From Orbicella franksi (lineage: Eukaryota), in assembly GCA_964199315.1 (NCBI GenBank), contig OZ116699.1:30132001-30196000 (forward strand): a DNA stretch of 64,000 nucleotides. Reading direction: 5' to 3'. Below, piece after piece: positions 13,201 through 26,800 of the stretch; within the stretch, counting starts at the first letter, position 1, and every line of letters starts with the position of its first letter. A model generated the notes under the pieces. That model worked only from the letters and a program-made list of their open reading frames with translations. It was not told where the DNA came from and did no database searches. Both the position numbers and the translations under genes were made by a program.

Positions 13201-16200
13201 GTCGTTTCGAATGGCCTTTTAATTACTTGGTTCTAAAAACGTCTCTCATAGCGTAATTTATCGTTGCACTAACATAGATTCAACTTCTTGAGAATAACAC
13301 GAAGACAAAGGAGACACAAATTTCCACCATGGAAGCAGCTTTGGACAAGAGCAAAGAAGAGTCTACTTCATTGGGGCATGAGCTAGGTAATTTGCTCTGA
13401 TTTTATCGGCGTCACCATAAACCAGTTTATTACTCAGAGCCAGTTTCTATCACTAGAAATCAGAACGCGCAAAACCGACAAATGCATTCTGAGATATCTC
13501 TACTCTTATATTTGGTTAGGTATTTGTACTCAACATACTTCCCCAACAGCGGTGCATATTTCCGACCACTGGTTCAGTCGAACACATGAGTTTCTCTATT
13601 TTATTTTACAGCCTTATTACAGGATAAACTGAAGAAATTTGAAAGTATCATCACCTCGCAACAGGTCCAAATACAAAATACAGAGGAAATGTTGTCTTTT
13701 AATAAGGTTAGAACAAGAATAAATAGTCGTCTTGCATGGTCCTCTTTAAAAATGGCAGAACATAATCGCATAGAGAAATAACTCTTTAAAATGATTGAAA
13801 CGTTCAACTAGTTCCTGTGCATGTAAAGAAAATAATCTTCTATATTATATAATATTTTATATTTTTCCCGTAACTATTTTAGGAGGAATGCAAGAGGATC
13901 GAACAGGAGCGCAATACCATCCAATTACAGTTTCAGGATGCCCAACAAGCGAATCAAACATTAAAAGATAATAATCTTGATATGAAAAAGGAGCAAAGAC
14001 AAGTTCTAGATGAGCTGGAGAAACAGCTTTCTTCTTTGATAAGTGAAAAAGAGAAACTGGAAGAGAGGCAAGTGACTAGTACCAGTAATACCAAACTGAC
14101 GCGGAGGAACAAACCGAAACAATCCAAGGGAAAAAAAGCACTCGTTTGTAACTCATCCCATTTCTTTTTTCCCCAAATTATGTAATGACTTGTCACAAGA
14201 TAGTTAAGAATAGTTATAAAAAATTCAAGATCCGGCATTAACTATGAATGACGAGCTGTTGGTTCAATTTTTGACTTATCTTTTCATTTAGTCTTCTAAT
14301 TCTTTTCTCTCTAAAGCCTTCAAAATCTTACCAGAGTAAACGAAACAACGACGGAGGAATTGACAAATCTGCAAGTTAAGCTTGGTGAGTTTTACACTGA
14401 AAGATTGCAAGTCAGAAGCCTCTTTATTCAATGGGCGAAATCACACGTAATAAGTAAAATTAATACTAAAAAGGTTTGAAAGATTTACTTCAATATTTTT
14501 TTAAAAACGTTTTGGTAGTTTTTCTACCTTTTTTAACTTACTTATTTCATCGTCTTTAATACTGCCACGCAGTGTTTTGAGCTTTTGCTCTTGTTATCAA
14601 TGGAAATTACACATATACTGACACTGGACAAGTACTGCTACCAGGGCAACAATAGAGTCAATGTTTTTCCTGTGACTCATTTTCGTCAGGTCAGTGGCGA
14701 ACTATAATCTAATATTTTTAAATGTTTAACTTTTCACAGAGTCTCTGATAAGAGAGAAAGAAAAAGTAGACACCTTAAACGAAAATATTCTCAAAGAAAA
14801 GGTGAGGTACTCACAAAACTCTTTAATGTATTTCAAACACGAATGTATTTCAAACACGAAAGACCGCGTTCGACGACATTCACAAACACCGAGGAGAGGG
14901 TTGAAAATACGACACGTAGCGGAGTATTTTTGACGAACTTCGAGGCGTTTCGAAATGTGGTCAAACGTTGTCTTGAGTGTTTGATATATCTTCTCAATCG
15001 AAACTAAAACTAAGGAGAAAACGTAGAAATAAAATCGTAAAAAATCTATGCTAATTAAGATCAGATATCCAAACACCGCCACGGTCATGATTTCCCTTGT
15101 TTAAACTTTATGAATTATTAATGAATTTGAGAATTCCATTTCAAAGTTTTTACGACGGAAAAGGGAAATATTTTGCCATCCTTACTGAGTTTATTCTTCA
15201 CTTAACGAACATTTCAGAATGAGCTGATGAAAGCTTGTGGAGACCTGCAGACCAGCCTTTCAAAAGAGGAAGAGAGGGTATCCTCTAAGGGAGAAATGGT
15301 ACGGCAATCAAAGGAAAAGCTTGCTCAATTACAGGTAATAATTATTTAGCCTTCCGACACACATTTTGTGCTCGCCTTGTCCTAGAACAGATGACTAACG
15401 ATAATCTAATTGTTAACTAGATGTTTTCATCAATAAATTGCTTGTTGTTTTAGGAAACAAACTCTTCTTTAACGAATGAACTCGACCAGGTGAACAAAAA
15501 GAAAGAAGAATTAGAGGAAAAGCTCCGACTTTTAACACTTTCCTCCGAAGAAAAGCAGGTAAATACAATTCAACATTTATTCATCAATGTGAAGATCGCT
15601 TTTTGAAAGTCTGGATTATTTATTACTAACCAAGTTTCCTTTATCTCAGAGGACTATAAGTGATCTTGAGGGCAAGATCTACAAAGCAAATTACAGTCAG
15701 AAATACTTAACAGAGAACGTGCAAGATCTTCAAACAAAACTGGAGAATGAAAGGTGCCACATTGACATACTTAAAGAGAGGGTGGAACTGAATTGCAAAA
15801 TGTTGAGCTATGCAATTCAATGCAGACTCCAATGAGTAACGTTGAAAAAAAATAAGTGTTTCCCTTTGAAGTGGTGTTTTGTAGCCAGAAAAGTACATAT
15901 ATGTGGAAAATACTCTAACTTTATGTAGAAAATACAATGTTAAAATGCACTCGTTTCGTGAAGGACAAATTAGAAGAAGACTGTTTACTTTTACCACATA
16001 ACACTGCCAAGCAAAATAAAATTACAACCTTCGAATCATAATTCATGCGACTTCCGCCTGTGTTCTTAGTCTAAGATATATCATATTGCCCGTAATCCAT
16101 TGAAATTATTTATTTAGGATAAACAATAAAGTCTTCTTGTTGCAGAAAAGAAAAAGAAGAACTCCAAAAGTCTATTGAAGACTTTAAGGTATGTAACTAA

Positions 16201-19200
16201 TTTCTATTTGATTATAAAATGAATGCTTACCTCTCCAATTTTCCTGCAGCATTGGTGTTTATTGGGGTAAATGTAACTTAAAACCAATACTATACTTTCG
16301 TATACCCGTTTTATTGGTTTCGAATATATGTTTTTAATTTTCTTTTCACCAAGGCCTCCGAAAGAAAACGAAGGGGTGAAATAGACGCTTTAGAAGAAAA
16401 AATTGCAGTACTGGAAAAGAGTTTGAAGGTACTTGGATTTTTTGTTGTTGTTGTTGCTAAATTGTTCCAAGTTTTCATTAGTGAAATGTAGCTGTCACAT
16501 AATATTTAATATATTTATTTGTCATCAGGGTGCTTCACAACGTGAAAAAGAATCAAATGAGCTAGTTCAGAAACTTCAGGAAGACTACGAAAGACTGCAG
16601 TGAGTTCCTAAAACGCACAGCACTGCGCAACTTCTTTTATAAGAGTCAAGTATCTCAGCTGGCAGTATGACTTTGGTGGTTGATCCACTGAAGATACAGC
16701 AAGGCTGAGCAAGGGGAAAACCTACTTATTCTCTTCACTTTTCTTTCAACAGGAAAAAATTCGAAAAAATGGAGCATGATGTAACGGTACAAGACGAAGA
16801 GAGGACAACGAAATTAGAAAAAGAAAAAGATAGCGTGAGAACATTTTTCACCTCTGAATTGAGTTTTACGTTTGTTTTAGGTAGAACATCGACTCAAGTA
16901 AGCTTTATCATAGATTGACGAACTTGTTTGATTGTTTGGCTTTATAACAGATCCGAACTTTAAAAGACGATCTCAAAGACAAGGCAAAGAAATTGGAAAC
17001 TCTACAGGCTAAGGTGAGCAAAATGCTAGCAAACTAAGATATATATTCTTTTTCTACAAACTGACGCTTTTGACGGCTGAGAGCGTTTGTAAAAGTATTT
17101 GTAAAAGGGAGATCTAATAATAATAGATTATATTTTTCTTATGATTTTTGAGAAACGTCGCACGCCTAAATCTTTAATTCCATGAATTCTGCATGAAGCT
17201 TGAACGTTGATACCAATGCTAGTCGCAGAGACAGCTAAGTTGTTCCGACAGACGGGACTGCATGGGGGATAACATTACGAGAGTATCACGACAGCCATCC
17301 CAAATTTTTACATGTGCTGTACATTTCCTCCTGTTAGACAAAAAACCTTCAGGATCAACTTGCAGCCAAAACAAAACAAACAAAAGAAACTCAGCAAGAG
17401 GTGAGTTTGACTAAACTTTTCTTCTATACTGGTTTTCTTAGACATGTAAATGCTGTGCATTGATGTTATTACCAGTATTTCTTTTTTTGCTTATACCAGA
17501 ACAAGACGCTTAAAAGCAAGGTTACTTCTCAAACTAAGCAGCTGGACAAGTTAGAAAATCAGGTATAAATTCGTAGCTTATTGTTATTTCGCCTTGTAGG
17601 GTTAACTACCGACACCTGATATGTGCACATTCTGTGTATGGCAGAAATCCAAGTTATCCAACGAACTTGTTGCCTACAAGGATCAGATAAAAGATGTAAC
17701 AGAGAAGGTGCGAAGAACAATTTGGATATTGTAATTGTTCATAAAATTTCATGCAATCTATTTTACATACGACTGTCGAAGTTAAATTTAAGCCATACGT
17801 TGATAATATTGACATTTTGTTTGGTTTTTACTGGAAGTTGAATCAAAGTAACGAAGATTTACAAAAAGCAAGGAGCCACTGTGAGGACGTTGACGGACAG
17901 GTACTGTTATTACATCACTAGATTCAGGAAGTTCATTCTCTGCGACCAACTTCTCATATCATGCTAATAGCAGTTCTTATGAGCGATTGTATGATTACGG
18001 ATTGAACTCACCCCTGACCAAGATGTTCCATTTCCTTCTCTAAGTCATGTCTTGGCTCTGAGTACTACCACCTAAACTAACTAGGCCTGCACTCTGCGTT
18101 CGTGGCTTTGTCCTGATGAAGTAAAACATTTGTATTGTCTTTGCCAACCATTCGAACATAGCCTGCACCACGAAAGATTATACTCAGTAGCTTTTTTGCT
18201 GATGAAAACACAACAGTAAAATTGATAGTTCATCAAGTCTGTTAGTCTGCACGGGTGAGGGTACCTCTGAAAAAGGACTATTGCTGGTGACTGGTGTCAC
18301 AACAACTGAGATGAAGTCATCATCAGAGTCAAATAAAAAGTTCACGACCTAGTATTTGCATCATTGTCCTTATACTCAACCTATGCTAAAAGAAAACCAA
18401 TTTCTGAGCTCAAGCTGTAATTATATAGTGTACTAGCACGAAAGCTGTGTATTGTCGTGTGTCAGGTAAAGTTATCAGTACCATGATAAAAAAGTGGTAC
18501 GTAACTTAGGCTGATATATATTATTGGTGACAGTATTGATACTAGCTAAATACAATTGGTTGTTACCTTACAGTTGGAAAGTACAAAGAAAGAAATGACA
18601 AAGAAATCAAAAGCATTGGAAAAAGCTGGAGAAGAAGTAAGGCCATCTTGTTGCTAGTTGTCTATTTGAACGAGTAAACCGAGCACATTTTTACACCCTT
18701 TATGAAAGTAACTGGGTGCTAATAGCTGCAGCATCACTACATCGGTATAATTGTTTTAATTAGTGACTTTTCTTCGATTTCTGTTCTTTCTTTTCGTTGC
18801 AAAAATCTTTGTCATTTTTTAAATACTTCATACAATTTAATAGGTTCGACAATTTAAAAAGGAAAAAGAAGAGGCTATACGAGACAAGGAAAAAGTCCAA
18901 AAGGAATCTGAAAAGCAGATGAATGAGCTGTGTGCAACGCTGGAAAAGTACAAGGTAGATCTGTTACCTTACATATCGTTCATAGAATTACAAACGCAAA
19001 AATTAGCCTATGACTAAATCAATTTTACAACCCTCAACAATTGGTTTCTAGAATGTGAACATTTTTTGTGAGAAATAGTGTAGCACTAGGTAACCTGTTA
19101 CCGGATCAAAAACTCGTACATTTGAGCGAAAATTGGTGTCCCAAAGGAATGAATTCTCAGCGAATGTCCATCGAATAATTACTCCAGGTTGCTTAAATGC

Positions 19201-22200
19201 ACGAGAAGTGCTGCTTTGTAATTGTTCAGTCCTCTAAACGTCCTCCTTATTCTGCTTTCTTGATCAGTTGGAAAATGAGAAAATTGTAGCCCAGAAAGAG
19301 CGAGAACTGGAACTCTTGCGTGTTAAAGCAGAGAAAGAATCTCAGGAGCAACATGTAAGTACCAAATTAGTGGGAATAACGCTTCACTATCTGGCAATAG
19401 CAATTTTGTTATAGTAACCTAAATGTGCATAGTTTCTTCGTAAGGTGTCTCGATAAAGTATTTCCTGGACCATATCTGGTATTTCGAGTCAGCTTTTTGA
19501 GTCTTTGCTCAATAAACTGAACTGAGTTTGACTTATATTTTCGTGGATAAGATAAACAAAAATAATAATTTGTATCTCAACTTTCTCGATGGTTCAAACG
19601 CCGCCTCTAAATCGTAAAATCTGACAGGGTACTTAGACATTCAGTTTTAATGAAAATTATAGTAAACCTTAATCTCTTCCAGTAATTGGTAGAATTTTCT
19701 CATCAATCAGATTGAGGTAAGATTAATGAAAAGCTTATGGGTAATGCTAGGTATGGCTCAGAAAAATTAAACACGGTATCGAGACACCTTAACAGCGGCA
19801 GCTCATTTTCATACAGGAGAAGCGACTCATTGAAGCCAAAGAGCAAATCGAAAACCTTGAGGGGGAAGTGAAACGACTAAAGACAAATCAGGTAAAAATC
19901 TCATCGAAGGCTTTACAGTCTGTTCTCCGAAAGATATGTTCTTACTCCCATAACTCTTGGAAACACGGGAAATGTATTCTATTTCTTAATTTGATTTTTG
20001 TGTTGGCTCACCGCAGGAAAAGGATAAGGAGAGATTAGAATTTGAAAAATCTGAAACCGTCGCTACCCTGACAAGACAGTTGGAAGCAAAGGTACGGTAC
20101 GGCAATGTTTTAAATTTGAAGATATTATCAGCCAACAATCGTAAATACTGTGAATTCTCATTAATTCTTCTTTCCTTCTAAAACGGGCGTTACCCAGATC
20201 ATTTCAAGCCTTTCTTTTGACATTTAATCTTTAGAATAAAGAGATTATGCTACTGCAAGAAAAGGTCGTTGAAAACGAAATCAAGGTATGACGAGTTTAC
20301 TGACAATTTTTCCTATTCAGTTGTAAGACCTTGTAATCTTGTAATGCAGCCTACACGATTGTCCCTGTTTAAATACATCTCAACTAAACGGTCGTAAAAG
20401 CAGCAGCCTAACAGCAATTTTTAAAAAGGAAACAACATTTTTCATTATACAAAACATGTTTCGACATTCCTATGTCATCTTCAGTTGCAAATGTTCGACG
20501 GTTGTACATTTGAATTTTCACTGTATATATGGTTACGTTTACATCTCAAGTGTTATTAGTGAATCTCAACTATTGTTACGAAAATAGTATAAATCTGCTG
20601 ATCGCCAATAACAAGAGCAATATTTTAGTATGTTCTAAAACTGACAGAGGGCATAGTTCTAGCCTTTGTAAATCCGCCCCCTCCCCTCAAAGAAATCGGG
20701 AATAGAGGCGTCTCTCTCCCCGATTTTTGTCAGGGGAGGGGTAGGGTGCACACAGACTACATAGACCAAGATACTGTATTATTATAATTTATGAAGTTAA
20801 TGGCATCTTATTTTTATGCAGTGCGTGCTTTAACTTGTGCATTGCATAAAATCAGAAATCCCCATTATGAGGCAACCGATTCTACTCAGTTATTTTTTAT
20901 CTTAAGCCACTAAAAAGCCCGAGAACAACATCCTCTGACGAAAAACTTACAACGCCGAAACCGATGAATCGTAACACGACAACAGGGGATTCAGCGGTGG
21001 TCCCTGAAACTCCAAAACTGCCACGTGGTATACTCAAGCAAAACGATGTCTCTCAGAAAAAGAGGAGAGTGGCCTTTGCTGGCTCAGACGAGCAACGTAC
21101 ATCATCAGAGGAGGAAGGAGACGAAAAACAGGTGTTAAACTTTATTAGTTTTTTTTAATGTTTGCCTTATATATTTTGCCTCTGTCACCCTTATGGTGCT
21201 TTTTCCACTTCAATACCGAAGCTAACCTACCGCGTAAACTTAACAGGTTGAATCAGTGACTCCAAAATTTGAAAGAAAAAGAGTCAGCGAAAAGGAGAAT
21301 CAAAAGAGTACACCACGAACGAATGTTAGATTTTCACCAAAGCCATCTCCTTGGAACAATGAGCCGCCACGTGAAGAGAAATCCCCATTCACGGAAGTGC
21401 AAAAATTGAAACAAATTCCACGAGGCAGGCCAATGGTTCCACAGAAACAGAAGAAGGTACTGAGAGTAACTCTACAATGTCAATGGCTTGTTTTCCCGCC
21501 ATATGGAAAGGGAATGAATTTTGTCTGTATGGCATGGATTTTACCGAATCACTCACTTTTGAAGCCATTGACCATTAATTAAGTTGCAGCTCCTTTTCTT
21601 TGTCATTCAGCTTAAAATCCAAAGTGAAGAATCTGAGGAAATAGCGAAATTCAAGGAGTTGTTTCCCGATATGAAAAGTCCAGAATCCCTCTACGATAAA
21701 TCTCCGGTAGGTTAAATATGCCAATAAATTTGTTAAAACTTAACCAATGAAAACTGTTGATAATTTGCAGAACTAAGACCAAATAAACCAGAAGACATTT
21801 TCACTCAGTACTTTATAGCACTCACATGTTCCGCAGGGAAGGACAAAAGCAATGTTCACCAATAAACTGATCCGTTACTCCATATTCTCAATTTTGTGAG
21901 GTAAAGTCCTCCTAAAATATTTCCTCAATGGATTCAGCCGGCTTATATATATCAAGAGATTATGATCATGGTCTCTTGTATATACTATATAATGATTATT
22001 GTACTGAAAGGTTGAATCAAATACCACTGAACTGGTGTATCTGAGCAAAGTCACTACAATTACTATGAACTCGCGGTAATAAAGACTGAATGCGATGTTT
22101 CTTTTTCCAGGGCAAAGCACGTGGACGTGGTTTACACGAGACGATGAAACCTCCATTCAAGAGCAAAATTACTAAGATCAAACCACTTTCACGAAGAAAG

Positions 22201-22272
22201 AAAGACAAACAAGAAAGTACTGCTTGGTTTGACTCTGATACACTCTTTGGGTTTGGAATGGATGATGAATAA
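10213..22272 (+). CDS. SYCP1: Synaptonemal complex protein 1 (transverse filament), many short exons
   Basis: Early exons give ...IHTLHTRLHQEAEKIRKWEMSTEIEIKEK / EKKLQEAVQTIDSQRKSILDLQ / FQNESLSSKLQEEL...STRDMCNALKDH. This matches the conserved SYCP1 N-terminal motif (vertebrate LYKEAEKIKKWK...QENRKIIEAQRKAIQELQF.NE). It is followed by a long coiled coil in in-phase exons and a basic, S/T-P-rich tail ending ...STAWFDSDTLFGFGMDDE* at 22272. Confidence 0.9.
11220..11354. mobile_element. Small palindromic MITE
   Basis: Terminal inverted repeat tagagcggttttcaattgagt ... actcaattgaaaaccgctcta. A second family member lies at 33885-34032. Confidence 0.75.
14830..15125. repeat. Interspersed repeat
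   Basis: Shares ...gatatatcttctcaatc(g/c)a(a/g)actaaaacta... and aaacacc.g..gagag..tgaaaata.gaca with a diverged copy at ~54670-54870. Confidence 0.55.
18243..18335 (-). repeat. Degenerate Penelope-like tail with decayed hammerhead core
   Basis: Minus strand reads ctctgatgatgacttcatctcagttgttgtgacaccagtcaccagcaatagtcctttttcagaggtaccctcacccg. CTGATGA is retained but GAAAC is lost. Confidence 0.45.
20448..20489 (-). ncRNA. Minimal type I hammerhead ribozyme motif in a SYCP1 intron
   Basis: Minus strand reads TGCAA-CTGAAGA-T-GACAT-AGGA-ATGTC-GAAAC-AT-GT-T-TTGTA: stem I with one G-U wobble, intact core, 5-bp stem II. Confidence 0.72.
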
Positions 22273-23883
22273 ACAAAGCATGAAGTTGGGAATGATTTTT
22301 TAAAATGATTAAGTAATCAGTTGTCATACTTTGTATTAGTAAATTACGATAATCGTTTGCAATCGCCATGACATTTGTAAAATTACTGATTAGGTTCAAT
22401 TAGGTTTTTTAGCTTCAAGGACCAGAGTTGCGGTATTTGCGACAATTAAAAAGCAAATAAAAGTGTTAATGGCGTGATATTCAATTATTTGTTGCGGCAA
22501 AGCGAGAAACTAGCCTTTGCTTTTGCATTTTAGAACAATTATCTGTTTCACTAGTTTGCATACGTTTTCAACGAGATTTCCCTTACATTGACTCTGACAT
22601 AAGCAACTCTGCAGAGTTATGGTCATATCAGGACACCTATTTTACAATAGGATTTTGAGCTCGAGATTTCTTTGAGGTGATAGTCGATGTAGAAATCAAG
22701 AGCGAATAGTCTTATCATTTAAGTAGAATTCTAACTGAATTTTTCCGTGAAATAACGATTTCCAAATATTGCTCTAAGTGGTATTAAGCTCTACGCTTTA
22801 GAAAAAGCGCGCGCACTGAAATGTCGTTTGAAATTTTGCAATTGTGTTCACGCGCAACAGTTTTGTTTCAACAATTTCGAGTTTTTTAAGTCAAGAAACC
22901 GTGAGTGTTCTCAGGAATTCAATTATCATTTGTTCCTAAAAGTTCTCCCGGAACGTCGGAAAAACGAGAAAACGCCGCCATTTCGTAAATGACCCACGTC
23001 CACTGCACACTACCCAGCCAATCACACTACAGGATTTGCATAAGTATACGAGTAAAATGCCACTTAAAAGAAGTATGACACAACAGCAGCAATACAACGT
23101 ACGTTTAATTGAGATTTCTGATAAAAATTAAAGCAATCAAATAATCCTGGATCGCAGGGTAATTGAACAAACAGTTTGGATAAATTTTCCATCGGGAATG
23201 TTGACAGGAAAAGGTATTATAATTTTACTAAGTTAAACAATCATAAGATAGTGATGAGCTAGTATGGACGGCAGCTACATAAGCGGTGAGAAGAAAGAAC
23301 AAAATGCGAATAATCGCGATTTTATACATCTTTAACAGGCGTCTAGTTTGCCTTCCTTTTTGTTTGCCGAGTAGTCAGATGTGATAGCCTGGCGATGCTT
23401 TTATACGTCAGTAAACGTGCTCATCTTCAAGCAGTTCTCGCCACCTCACTCTTGTCAAAGAGATTCCTCACTATGTTAAAATGCATGCGCAACTAAATAA
23501 TGACAACGGCCGTCTGTCTGTTTCCTTACTACGTTGAAATGCGTAACTAAATATTCAAAAACGTCTTTTACATCAGTCTTTGAGATGACACGTATTTAAG
23601 CCAAAACATGCCTATCACGGACACGACTAACTAACCTTTCTAACAACATACATAGTCACCTTACATGTGTCCTACTAATAAAATGCTTGCTGTTATGATA
23701 CCTCAATACCAATGTAGCCTACAAAAAAATCGCTAAAAAGACTAAAGTTCTCTTAGAACTTGAAGTCCTTTAAATATACCATATATTATGCTACCTTTTA
23801 GAACTCAAAGTTATCAATGATGAACCCAAAACTACCTTAATCTATAAAGAGGCTAACGGGGTGTTGTGAAACATTCTCACAAA

Positions 23884-26800
23884 TCATTCAATAGGGGAGA
23901 GTTTCAGTACTTGTGCTGCTGAATTTATGCCATACGCCACAATCGACACTTGCTTCTTGACTTCCTCTCCGGAAACTAATCCCTTTCGTGCGCGATCAAT
24001 GGCATCCACCACCCCTCCGTACCAGCTGTAGTAAATGTTCGGGCTATGCGTCAAAACCACGTGTCTAAAAATACAGAAATGCTTGCATTAGCCTTCTAAA
24101 GTACGAGCAGGCCAGAAGGTTGGTCAATGTGAGGTCACAATGAAACCCTATTGGAAATCAAATGAAAACCCGAGAGTTTCTCGAGCTTACTGGTGTTTGT
24201 AATAGGAAAAACAGATAAAAAAGAAAACCTCTTTGTCAAGAAAACCAATATTCAAAAATCAAGGTATATTACTTCTCCCTACGGTAAGACGCGGGGTAAC
24301 GCCTGTTAAACTGTGTATTTTACTGTGTATTTCACTACCTTTGATAGTAGAAACTGAGCTTCATTTGACTCCGCATATCATTTGTAACACACCTTACCTT
24401 TGTAATGGATTGGCCTGTAGAATTGGCTCAAGGTTAATAAAAGCCCGTTCTACGTTAAGCAATCGGGTGTTGATTTTACGAACAACTGCATCACTGAAAA
24501 ATAATATGCAAATATTTCAATTTTTCAACAATTACTCACGCAAAGATCACAAAACCGTAAATGCAATTCCGTCCAAATCAAATAGCTGGCTGGTATATTG
24601 GTTTTGTACTTGAATTCCTGTTACGATTTGAATTTTGATTTGACAATCTCAATATCACAAAAAAAGACAAAAGCAAATAGAGACTAGGCAACCACTTCCC
24701 TGACTTCGGCTCATAATCTACTTGTACTGGACATCAGAGATTTTTTTTTGATTTACCATACATGTAGCATGTGACCGCGTATATTTTCACTAAAGACGAA
24801 AAAGAAAAACTGGGTTGATTTGTCTTTTCACTGTGGAGACGTTTACGACATAAACCAACTAATTCTTCGAGAAAGCAAGAGACTATAACTAAATCCGGTT
24901 TCGTCTTTCTTTATAGGCCAGTCATCAAAAGACAAACCGATACCGATTTATTGTAAACAGGTAGATCTTGAACTGTATGAAAAGGTTGTTAAAAATCTTC
25001 TCACTCTTCTTTGTCTGCTCCTTCCACAAAAGCATCAAAAGCTTTGGCTGTGTCTTGGAAGTTTTCTACAGCTTGAACAAGGTAGTCTGCACGAAGAACA
25101 AATTAAAACGTTACGCATACTGGTGCTATCCCAAATCTAGTTTGGCGCAGTTCTAAAGATGTTTGGTAAAAAATAAATAAATAAATAAATAACTGCACGT
25201 TAAAAGTTATTTCCTATAGCGTTTTAATACGATGTTTCTGGTGCGTGCATATTTTCCTGCTAGATTGTTCTATCTGAGAAATAAAATAAATTTTATTTTA
25301 TTAAGTTTCGGTTCCTGCAATTTAGACATAGAATAGCACCCTCGAACTACGAAAAAAGGATGCATAATTCGGGATAACCCCATGGCTGTTGCAAAATGTA
25401 TAGGCAGAAACTGTCCATGTAACCTTACGGGTAGAAACTGATAAAATTATAAACGTAATGAAAAGTTTAAGACATACCCAACTCGTTTTGCCCACCGTAG
25501 TTCTTGAAATCAGCTGCGAAGTCTTCCATTATTTTTGTATTGAACACCTTCATGTTATCACCATAGTGCGTTACATTTAATGGCAAAACAACGGCATCAG
25601 CCAAGGTCATGGTTATTTGTGTCCAAATCCTTGTAGTCACTTGGTGGTATTTAAACTGGGGGTCAATAAGCGTCGACATCCACCAAAAATTGTCGTGAAC
25701 TGTGTGGTATAACGGGTTACTGCTGGTTTTCTACAGGAAAAAGAAGGGCTCTCGTTATTAACAATTGTAAAACAGTCAGAACAGGTGAGACTTTTTAAAA
25801 AGGCTTGCTCAAAAAAGAAGAAAAGCTAATGCGAACGAGAAATGCCGTCTCCTGTCTGTATTACATTACATGCATTCTTTTTCCTGATAATTTCGCTTCG
25901 CGAGCCACAATTATAACAAGAGGTGTTTTAAACTTACACTGTTGTATGTGTAACGAATATCCACAATAGGGATTCCAAGCCGCTGGATAAAGTTGACATA
26001 ATCACTGCCTGCTCTTGGTTGCTGAAATCTGCCGAGAAAAGACGTCATAAATAAAAAATAAATTGTACTGACAAAAAGACTGCGGACTGCACAACCCTAC
26101 CCTCATTAATCTAAACAAATAAAAATGTCATAGTAGTACAGCACATAAGTTCGTAAGTGATCCTTTTACACAATGTTTTTTAAACAAATGGTAAACGCCA
26201 CAGCGTACACTATTGAGTTATGGCGGTAAGGGTCGCACTCGGCTATCGCCTCGTGCGACTCTAGCTACCTGAGTGCTAAGCAAACTCCCCAAGAGCATCC
26301 ATAACTCAATAGTGTACAGCTGTGTCGTTTACCATTTGTTTTATAACATAACATTGACACATTGGAGCAAAAGGAGTCCTTTTATTGAGCTACATCACAT
26401 TAGCACACACGTCAGCAGCGTGCACCCATGCGCAAATAGTAGACGAATTAACCAATCAGAGCGCGCGCTTTGCTTTGGTTATGTTATAATTTCTTTTTTT
26501 ATGTTAATATTATTAATCAATGCTTTTTTAGTTTCACAGTTTGCCCTGCCAACGTTATATAAATGTTACACAAATAAAAATCCACTAACCACCAGTGACT
26601 AACTACCTTGGTAAATTCTTGAACCCCAGTCTTGATGGAATTTTTCTGAGCCACTCATCAAAAGCAGTCTCGTTTCCTAAAGGGCTTGGCACCTAACAAA
26701 ATCAATATATGATATTTAGATTGTAATTGCGATTAATTTGATTTATTGATTGATTTTTGTTTCAGATGTTGTTTGTAATCAAAATGAACGTTCTAAGAAT

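Noticed and set aside
21838-21900. Possible alternative terminal SYCP1 exon (GRTKAMFTNKLIRYSIFSIL*)
   Set aside because: The acceptor is plausible, but the peptide is unremarkable and the downstream exon gives a better terminus; no support without RNA.
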